A DNA stretch of 64,000 nucleotides from an uncultured delta proteobacterium (GTDB lineage Bacteria > Desulfobacterota > Binatia > HRBIN30 > BPIQ01), in the NCBI GenBank assembly GCA_963761335.1, contig CAVXGR010000018.1, positions 384,001 to 448,000 of the forward strand. The letters run 5' to 3'. Below are positions 54,939-64,000 of the stretch, one piece after another. The stretch's first letter is position 1, and each line of letters starts with the position of its first letter. The notes beneath the pieces were generated by a model, which was given only the letters and a program-made list of their open reading frames with translations, ran no database searches and was not told the DNA's origin. The position numbers were made by a program, and so were the translations under genes.

Positions 54939-54963
54939 TTCAGAAGCGGCGCAGGGGCGTCGC

Positions 54964-55725
54964 TCACCACCGCTTGATGATCGCCCGCAGGTACTCGTGG
55001 TTCAGCCGGGCGATATTCGACAGCGAAATCTCCTTCGGGCACACCGCCTCGCATTCGCCTTCGTTTGAGCAGGCGCCGAAGCTCTCGCGCTCCATCTGCG
55101 CGACCATGTCCAGGACGCGCCGCTCGCGCTCGAGTTGGCCCTGCGGCAGCAGCACCAGGTGCGCCACCTTGGCGCCGACGAAGAGGATGGCGGAAGCGTT
55201 CTTGCAAGCCGCTACGCAGGCTCCGCAGCCGATGCAGGTGGCGGCGTCCATGGCGCGGTCGGCGACATCCTTGGAGATCGGTATGCCGTTCGCTTCCGGG
55301 GCGCTGCCGGTGTCGATGGAGACGTAGCCGCCGGCGGCGATGATGCGGTCGAAGGCGCTGCGGTCCACCACCAGATCCTTGATCACGGGAAAGGCCCGCG
55401 CCCGCCAGGGCTCGATGACCACGGTGTCGCCGTCCTTGAAGTGGCGCATGAAGAGCTGGCAGGTGGCGACGCCGGGAAGGGGGCCGTGGGCAACGCCGTT
55501 GATCATCACCCCGCAAGAGCCGCAGATGCCCTCGCGGCAGTCGTAGTCGAAGGCGATGGGGACCTCGCCGCGGCGAATCAGGTCCTCGTTGACGACGTCG
55601 AGCATCTCGAGGAACGACATGTCCGGCGAGACGTTTCTGGCGGCGTACTCCACCAGCTTTCCTTCAGACTTGCGGTCCGGCTGTCGCCAGACCTGCAGCG
55701 TGAGGTTCATCTGCGTTGGTTTCAC
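54964..55725 (-). CDS. sdhB: Succinate dehydrogenase/fumarate reductase Fe-S subunit
   Basis: [20 protein letters not shown] and [12 protein letters not shown] clusters. Confidence 0.95.
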   Translation of the reverse strand: MKPTQMNLTLQVWRQPDRKSEGKLVEYAARNVSPDMSFLEMLDVVNEDLIRRGEVPIAFDYDCREGICGSCGVMINGVAHGPLPGVATCQLFMRHFKDGDTVVIEPWRARAFPVIKDLVVDRSAFDRIIAAGGYVSIDTGSAPEANGIPISKDVADRAMDAATCIGCGACVAACKNASAILFVGAKVAHLVLLPQGQLERERRVLDMVAQMERESFGACSNEGECEAVCPKEISLSNIARLNHEYLRAIIKRW

Positions 55726-55736
55726 CGTCGACCTCG

Positions 55737-57650
55737 CTACTTATAGCTGCGCTGCGTCAGGGTCACCGATTCGAAGGACAGTGGCTCCTTGTGCAGCTCG
55801 GGGGATTTGCCGACTCCCTTGAACTCCCAGGCGGCGACGTAGGCGAAGTTCTCGTCATCGCGCTTGGCCTCCCCTTCGGGCGTCTGGCTCTCCTCGCGGA
55901 AATGGGACCCGCACGACTCGGGTCGCTGCAGCGCGTCTGTGGCCAGCAGCTCGGCGAACTCCATGTAGTCGGAGACCCGAAGCGCCAGCTCGAGGTTCTT
56001 GTTCAGGTTGTCCGGCGTGCCGGGCACGCGCACCTGGTTCCAGAACTGCTCCCGTAGATTGACGATCTCCTGCAGTGCCTGCTTCAGGCTGGCCTCGGTG
56101 CGCGACATGCCGACGTTGTCCCACATCACCTGGCCGAGGGCGCGGTGCAGCTCCATGACCGTCTTGTCGCCCTTGACCGAGAGCACGCGATCGATGCGCT
56201 CCTGGACGGCGTTCTGCGCCTCGGCGAAGCTGTCGTGCTCCGTCGACACCTTGGGGGGCGCGGCGCTCGCCAGATAGTTGGCGAGCGTGTAGGGCGCCAC
56301 GAAGTAGCCGTCGGCCAGCCCCTGCATCAGGGCGCTGGCGCCCAGGCGATTGGCGCCGTGATCGGAGAAGTTGGCCTCGCCGAGGACGAACAGGCCGGGA
56401 ATGTTGCTCATCAGGTTGTAGTCCACCCACAGCCCACCCATGGCGTAGTGGACGGCCGGGTAGATCCGCATCGGCACCGTGTACGGGTCGTCGTCGACGA
56501 TCTCCTTGTACATGTCGAAGAGATTGCCGTAGCGGTCGCGGATGACGTCGACGCCGAGCCGTTTGATGGCATCGGCGAAGTCGAGGTAGACGGCGCGCCC
56601 GGTGGGGCCGACGCCGCGGCCCTCGTCGCACACCGCCTTGGCGTTGCGCGAGGCGACGTCGCGGGGCACCAGATTGCCGAAGCTCGGGTACTTGCGCTCG
56701 AGGAAGTAGTCGCGCTCGCTCTCCGGGATCTCGTTGGGCCGGCGCTCGTCGCCCGGCTTCTTCGGCACCCACACGCGGCCGTCGTTGCGCAGGCTCTCGC
56801 TCATCAGCGTCAGCTTCGCCTGGTACTCGCCGCTCACCGGAATGCAGGTGGGATGGATCTGCACGTAGCAGGGATTGGCGAAGAAGGCGCCGCGCTTGGC
56901 GCAGCGCCAGGCGGCGGTGACGTTGCTGTTGCCGGCCATGGTCGAGAGATAATAGAGATTGCCGTAGCCGCCGGTGCACAACAGCACGGCGTCGGCGGCG
57001 TAGCGCTCGAGCTCGCCGGTGATCAGGTTGCGGGTGATGATTCCCTGTGCCCGGCCGTCGACCATGACCAGGTCGAGCATCTCGCGGCGGGGCAGGATCT
57101 TCACCTGACCGCGCTGCACCTCGCGCATGAGCGAGCTGTAGGCGCCGAGGAGAAGCTGCTGACCCGTCTGCCCGCGCGCATAGAAGGTGCGCGACACCTG
57201 CGCTCCGCCGAAGGAGCGGTTGGCGAGCAGCCCGCCGTACTCGCGGGCGAAGGGGACGCCCTGCGCGACGCAGTGGTCGATGATGTTGACGCTCACTTGC
57301 GCCAGCCGGTAGACGTTCGCCTCGCGCGACCGGTAGTCGCCCCCCTTGATGGTGTCGTAGAAGAGACGGTAGGTCGAGTCGCCGTCGTTCTTGTAGTTCT
57401 TTGCGGCGTTGATGCCGCCCTGGGCGGCGATGCTGTGGGAGCGCCGTGGGCTGTCGAGAATGGTGAAGCTCAGGACGTTGTAGCCAAGCTGCCCGAGGGT
57501 CGCCGCCGCGGATGACCCCGCCAGGCCGGTGCCGACGACGATGACCGTGTATTTGCGCCGGTTCGCCGGGTTGACCAGCTTCATGGCGAACTTGTGCCGC
57601 TCCCACTTCGATTCGAGCGGACCGCCGGGAACGTTGCCGTCGAGGATCAC
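55737..57650 (-). CDS. sdhA: Succinate dehydrogenase/fumarate reductase flavoprotein
   Basis: [27 protein letters not shown] and HGANRLG motifs. Confidence 0.95.
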   Translation of the reverse strand: MILDGNVPGGPLESKWERHKFAMKLVNPANRRKYTVIVVGTGLAGSSAAATLGQLGYNVLSFTILDSPRRSHSIAAQGGINAAKNYKNDGDSTYRLFYDTIKGGDYRSREANVYRLAQVSVNIIDHCVAQGVPFAREYGGLLANRSFGGAQVSRTFYARGQTGQQLLLGAYSSLMREVQRGQVKILPRREMLDLVMVDGRAQGIITRNLITGELERYAADAVLLCTGGYGNLYYLSTMAGNSNVTAAWRCAKRGAFFANPCYVQIHPTCIPVSGEYQAKLTLMSESLRNDGRVWVPKKPGDERRPNEIPESERDYFLERKYPSFGNLVPRDVASRNAKAVCDEGRGVGPTGRAVYLDFADAIKRLGVDVIRDRYGNLFDMYKEIVDDDPYTVPMRIYPAVHYAMGGLWVDYNLMSNIPGLFVLGEANFSDHGANRLGASALMQGLADGYFVAPYTLANYLASAAPPKVSTEHDSFAEAQNAVQERIDRVLSVKGDKTVMELHRALGQVMWDNVGMSRTEASLKQALQEIVNLREQFWNQVRVPGTPDNLNKNLELALRVSDYMEFAELLATDALQRPESCGSHFREESQTPEGEAKRDDENFAYVAAWEFKGVGKSPELHKEPLSFESVTLTQRSYK

Positions 57651-58315
57651 AGGCGACCTCCCATGAAGTAGACGATGACCGGAATCAGCAGAAATCCACC
57701 CGCCAGCACGATTGCCAGAACCTGGCCGAAGCGGCGGAAGCCCTTGCGGTAGTAGATTCCCGACGACTGGAAGGCGCTTCCGAAGCCGTGCCACAGGTGG
57801 GCACCGATGATGACCATGGCCACCACGTACCAGAGGACGTAGAGCGGCTCATGGAAGGTCTCGATCACCAGCCGGTACAGGTCGCGCTCCTCCGGATGCG
57901 CGGTTGAGGCGTAGTAGGTGCCGAACTTGAACGTCCAGATGTGCAACGGCACGAACACCAGAACCACCAGGCCGCTCAGGATCATCGTCGTCGAGGCGAT
58001 GCTCTTGTGGCTGCCGTGCCGCGCCCACGTCTTCTTCTGATAGGCGGTGGGACGGGCGTCGCTGTTGCGGCGGTAAACGATGATGCCGGTGACCAGATGC
58101 GCCAGAAAGAGGAGCAGGAGAATGGCCTCGGCCACGTAGATCAGCGGATTGCTGATCAGCTTGTGACTGTAGGCGTTGTAGGCGTCGGGGCTCTCGAAGA
58201 CCAGCAGGTTGGCGCTCAGATGGATGACCAGAAAGCCGATGAGCAGCAGCCCGGTGAGAGCCATCAAGATCTTCTGGCCCACGGACGACAGCAGAAAGCG
58301 CGAGATCTGCGACAC
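57647..58315 (-). CDS. sdhC: Succinate dehydrogenase cytochrome b558 subunit
   Basis: SSVGQK..MALTG motif, five TM helices with His ligands, HLWHG..SAFQS. Confidence 0.92.
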   Translation of the reverse strand: MSQISRFLLSSVGQKILMALTGLLLIGFLVIHLSANLLVFESPDAYNAYSHKLISNPLIYVAEAILLLLFLAHLVTGIIVYRRNSDARPTAYQKKTWARHGSHKSIASTTMILSGLVVLVFVPLHIWTFKFGTYYASTAHPEERDLYRLVIETFHEPLYVLWYVVAMVIIGAHLWHGFGSAFQSSGIYYRKGFRRFGQVLAIVLAGGFLLIPVIVYFMGGRL

Positions 58316-58540
58316 GGTTCACTCCCCGATGGTGGTATTTCGGCCGGTGGCGTTCGCGAGCATGGCTGGATCGTACAGGCGTGAGTTCCGACGGCGCAAT
58401 ATCAGTCTGGCGAAATCGACTCAATGGCGCGACAAGCCGCGCTTATGACCTTTCCTGGGCCGCGCCTTCGACGACGCCGCTCCGGGCTTCTTACTGCGGG
58501 CCGGCGGCCGGCGTCAACGCCCCGGCCCGGCGCCCCGCTC

Positions 58541-58840
58541 TCAGTAGGAGCCGCCGCCGATCCAGCCGCGGGTGGCGACGTCCGAGACCGTCGTGCCCAC
58601 CAGCAGGATCAGCCAGAACAGGCCGATGCCGACCGCGAGCCAGTTCAGCCGCAGGCTGTCTTTCAGGTGCATGAAGAAGATCGCCACCAGAGAGGCCTTG
58701 ATGACGGCGATGGTGAGGGCGACGATGACGTTGAACTCGCCGAGGTCGATGAAGGCGATGGTGCTGGTCGCCGCCGTCAGCGCCAGCAGGCTGAGATAGA
58801 TGACGACGTAGGTGCGGACGTGACCGACGTGCGTTTCCAC
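58541..58840 (-). CDS. ctaF: Cytochrome c oxidase subunit IV
   Basis: IA.IKA.LV..FFMHL motif and operon position. Confidence 0.85.
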   Translation of the reverse strand: METHVGHVRTYVVIYLSLLALTAATSTIAFIDLGEFNVIVALTIAVIKASLVAIFFMHLKDSLRLNWLAVGIGLFWLILLVGTTVSDVATRGWIGGGSY

Positions 58841-58843
58841 GGT

Positions 58844-61132
<2,289 letters not shown>

Positions 61133-61136
<4 letters not shown>

Positions 61137-62185
61137 TGGGCTTCCTGTGTGGCGGGCTTGACTTCCTGTGTGGCTGGCTTGAGAGGACGCGGACGGCCGT
61201 CGCCCACCGGCACCGCTTCTGCCCCGGCGGGGGCCCCGAGTGACTTGACGTAGGCGATCAGCTGCAGGACTCCCTCCTCGCTCACCAACCCCTTGAACGT
61301 CGGCATGATGGGTTGATAGCCGGCGACGACCTTCGCCTGCGGGTTGATGATCGACTCGTGGATGTAGCCCTCATCGGCGACCACCGAGCCGCCGCCCTGC
61401 AGGTGCACCGTCTTGCCGAAGAGGCTCTGCAGCACTGGCCCGCGGCCGGCGCCGTCGGCGCGGTGACAGGTGACGCAGCCGAGCTGCTGAAAGAGCTTCT
61501 CGCCGGCCGAGGCCAGCGACCCGGTCGCGCCGCCGGAGAGCCAGGTCTGGTACTCGGCCGGATCCATGACGATCACCCAGCCGATCATGCGCGCGTGGTC
61601 GGTGCCGCAGTACTGCGAGCAGAAGAGGTGATAGCGGCCGGGCTTGGTGGCCTGGAACCACAGCGACGTGTAGCGGCCCGGCAGCACGTCCTGCTTCACC
61701 CGAAAGGCGGGGACGAAGAAGCTGTGAATGACGTCTTCCGAGGTCATCGTCAGCTTGATCGGTTTGCCGACCGGCACGTGCAGCTCGTTGATCTCGCGAA
61801 CACCCTCGAGGTGCTGCAGCTTCCACATCCACTGCTTGCCGACCACGAAGATCTCCTCGGCGTCCGCCGGCGGGTGGCGCAGGTGGATGAAGAGGCTGGC
61901 GCCCCATACGAACATGATGACCACCAGGATCAGCGGAATGCCGATCCACACCACCTCGAGGATCATGCTGCCTTCGCGTTGCGGGTGTCCTTCGGTGGTG
62001 GCGAACGGCGGAGGCGTCTCCGCCTCCGATCGCCGCCGGTACTTGAAGGCGAAGGTGATCAGCAGCACGGCGATGAGGATGGAGAAGAAGGCGCTGACGC
62101 CGAGAAGGAACCAGAGCAGGGCGTCGGTGTGCGGCGCCATGGTCGACGCTTCGGGAGGAAAAAGGGGAATGTAGGATTGCATCAC
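61133..62185 (-). CDS. ctaC: Cytochrome c oxidase subunit II with fused cytochrome c (caa3-type)
   Basis: [18 protein letters not shown]uA site and CVTCH heme c motif. Confidence 0.94.
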
Positions 62186-62201
62186 GAGCTCGTGCCGCGG
62201 T

Positions 62202-63032
62202 TCAGGACTTGTCCTTCCAGTCGCGGCGGAACATCACCACCATGAAGCCGCCGAGGGCGAGCACCGTCACCACGCCGGCGAGGCGAACCATGTTCATGGC
62301 CACGGCGCTGTACTTCCCGGTGATCGGATCGTAGTGAAAGCAGTAGAGCAGCAGCTGGTCCACCGGCGTGCCGATCTTGTTGCCCGACGCCTCGATCAGG
62401 CCGAGGCGCATGTCCTTGGGGGCGAACTCGACCCCGAAGAAGTAGCGCGAGATGTGCCCATCGGCCGTCAGCAGGGTGAGCCCGGTGGCATGCGCGTACT
62501 GCTTCTGCTCCTCGTCCCAGACGTAGCGGAAGCCGACCGCCTTGGTGAGCTCGGTGATCGCATGCGGGTCGCCGGTGAGGAAGTGCCAGCCGTCGGCGGC
62601 GCCGGGGCGGCCGTACTGCTCGATGTAGGTCTGTTTTTTCGCCGCTGCCAGCGCCGGTGTCTCCCGAGGGTTGAAGCTGACGGTCAGCACCTCGAACTGC
62701 TCGCCGACGTTGAAGGTCAAGATCTTCAGGGCCTTCTCCAAGCCGTTGAGCGTCAGGGTGCACAGCATCGGGCACTCGTAGTACACCAGCGCCAGGATCA
62801 CCGGCTTGCTGCCGAAGTACTTGCGCAGCGGCACCTCCTGCCCGTGCTCATCGCGGAACACCAGGTCGAGCGGCACCTGGGCGCCGAGGTGCTGGTCGAT
62901 GCCGATCTCGCGCAGGATCTTGTCCTGCTTCGCGGAGTTCGCGGCCCGCGCCGGCAGCGCCGCGCACAGCAGCGCCAGCATCAGCGCCGCGGTCACCGAT
63001 ACCGCCGTCCTTCTGCGCGTGCGGGAAGTCAT
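62202..63032 (-). CDS. SCO/SenC family copper chaperone
   Basis: YYECPMLC motif, conserved His (YAHA) and a C-terminal TM helix. Confidence 0.9.
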   Translation of the reverse strand: MTSRTRRRTAVSVTAALMLALLCAALPARAANSAKQDKILREIGIDQHLGAQVPLDLVFRDEHGQEVPLRKYFGSKPVILALVYYECPMLCTLTLNGLEKALKILTFNVGEQFEVLTVSFNPRETPALAAAKKQTYIEQYGRPGAADGWHFLTGDPHAITELTKAVGFRYVWDEEQKQYAHATGLTLLTADGHISRYFFGVEFAPKDMRLGLIEASGNKIGTPVDQLLLYCFHYDPITGKYSAVAMNMVRLAGVVTVLALGGFMVVMFRRDWKDKS

Positions 63033-63571
63033 TTCGCCTTTCCTTCGGCCGGCGCTGCCGCAGCGCTGCCGGCGGCTGCACCTGCCTGCGCCCCTTCTGC
63101 CGCACGGCTCTGCTCGGCCGCGGGCGCGTTCGGGGGCACGCCCATCTCGGCTCCGGGGCCGTTTGCCGGCGCCGTGCTGGTCGGCCGTTGGCCGGCGGCC
63201 GCGAGATCCATGGCGCGCTCGATGGGGATGTGGACGATGCCGGCGTTGCGGTCCACCCAGCCGTAGCTGTCGAGCACGACATTCTCCTCGAATCGCATCT
63301 GCAGCAAATCGGCGCGCGGATTGGTCTGCAGTCGGGGCGCCGGGGGGACCTTCGGCCCGAGCTTCTGGGCGAGGACGTTGGGCGGCGGGCTCTGGCGGAC
63401 TTCGCGGGCGCCGAACTGCTCGATGACCAACCAGGCGAGAGCGTAGACCAGGCCCCAGGCGAGCGCCAGGCTGAGCACCGCGATGATCAGCGGCCGGAAA
63501 CGAATGTCGCGTTTCTCGTGGCCGACGCCGCCGTGCGGTTGATGTGCTGTCGGTTCTCCCGAAGTGGCCAT
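63029..63571 (-). CDS. Membrane protein of the ACIII-oxidase operon (ActG-like)
   Basis: HEKRD, one TM helix, P.PRLQ and YGWVD..GIVHIPIERAM motifs. Lies between actF and SCO. Confidence 0.65.
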   Translation of the reverse strand: MATSGEPTAHQPHGGVGHEKRDIRFRPLIIAVLSLALAWGLVYALAWLVIEQFGAREVRQSPPPNVLAQKLGPKVPPAPRLQTNPRADLLQMRFEENVVLDSYGWVDRNAGIVHIPIERAMDLAAAGQRPTSTAPANGPGAEMGVPPNAPAAEQSRAAEGAQAGAAAGSAAAAPAEGKAK

Positions 63572-63579
63572 GCTCTCTC

Positions 63580-64000
63580 TTACGAAGACAGTGACGGATC
63601 GTTGAGTGGCAGCAGCGGCCGGCTCTTCAGCTGCCAGATGTAGGTGCCCACCCAGATGCCGCCGAGACCGATGGCGACGGCGAGATCCAACCAGTGGAAC
63701 GGCCCGCCGGTGTGGGGAAACGACGGAGCGATGACCCAGTAGACGTCGATGAAGTGCACGAAGACGAGCGCCATTGCCACCACCAGCAGCGAGTTGGCGC
63801 GCTGCTTGACGTCGCGCATCAGCAGCAGCACGAACGGCACACAGAAGTGGAAGAGGATCAGGAAGATCGCGATGCCTCCCCAGCCGCCCGCCTTGCGGTT
63901 CACGTACCAGGGGATCTCCTCGGCGAGGTTGCCCGACCAGATCAGCAGGAACTGCGAGAAGGCGAAATACGCCCACAGCATGACGAAGGCGAGCAGCAGG
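63580..64000 (-). CDS. actF: Alternative complex III subunit ActF-like, C-terminal part (5' end outside the window)
   Basis: LLAFVMLWAYFAFSQFLLIWSGNLAEEIPWY motif and operon context. Confidence 0.8.
   Translation of the reverse strand, partial: LLLAFVMLWAYFAFSQFLLIWSGNLAEEIPWYVNRKAGGWGGIAIFLILFHFCVPFVLLLMRDVKQRANSLLVVAMALVFVHFIDVYWVIAPSFPHTGGPFHWLDLAVAIGLGGIWVGTYIWQLKSRPLLPLNDPSLSS

Noticed and set aside
61141..61182. 21-bp tandem duplication at the end of oxidase subunit II ([14 protein letters not shown])
   Set aside because: In-frame duplication in a disordered tail, with no evident significance.

Overview
High-GC bacterial window with dense coding. Gene content suggests a diderm, deltaproteobacterium-like lineage such as Candidatus Binatia; this is inference from the DUF1302/DUF1329 paralogs, Cys-rich secreted proteins and ACIII-caa3 genes. 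1-26.3 kb: a type II PKS/FAS cluster of the aryl-polyene/flexirubin lipid type that runs off the left edge. It carries an ACP, two KS/KS-like (CLF) pairs, FabG, a FabZ-like dehydratase, a TAL-like ammonia lyase with a single frameshift, a flavin halogenase, a B12 radical SAM enzyme, an ICMT-like methyltransferase, lipid and sugar anchor enzymes, and a possible envelope export set (MMPL, three LolA-fold candidates, Omp85 and DUF1302 barrels). It also holds an unannotated, translationally coupled 34-aa ORF and two copies of an inverted octamer-repeat element. 26.4-36.6 kb: nucleotide-sugar genes interrupted by two tandem paralogous Cys-rich secreted proteins. 36.8-48.7 kb: a second DUF1302, a lipoprotein, an acyl-CoA catabolic module, a matrixin pair and oxidoreductases. 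48.9-54.9 kb: PQQ/sorbosone-type dehydrogenase, ndh, encapsulin plus encapsulated ferritin, OmpA and DUF1328 with divergent sigma54-like promoters. 55-64 kb: sdhCAB and the end of an alternative complex III / caa3 oxidase operon. I saw no rRNA, tRNA, CRISPR array or transposase. All family calls come from recognising motifs by eye, not from database searches. Several starts were adjusted from the ORF track using SD sequences and stop/start overlaps.
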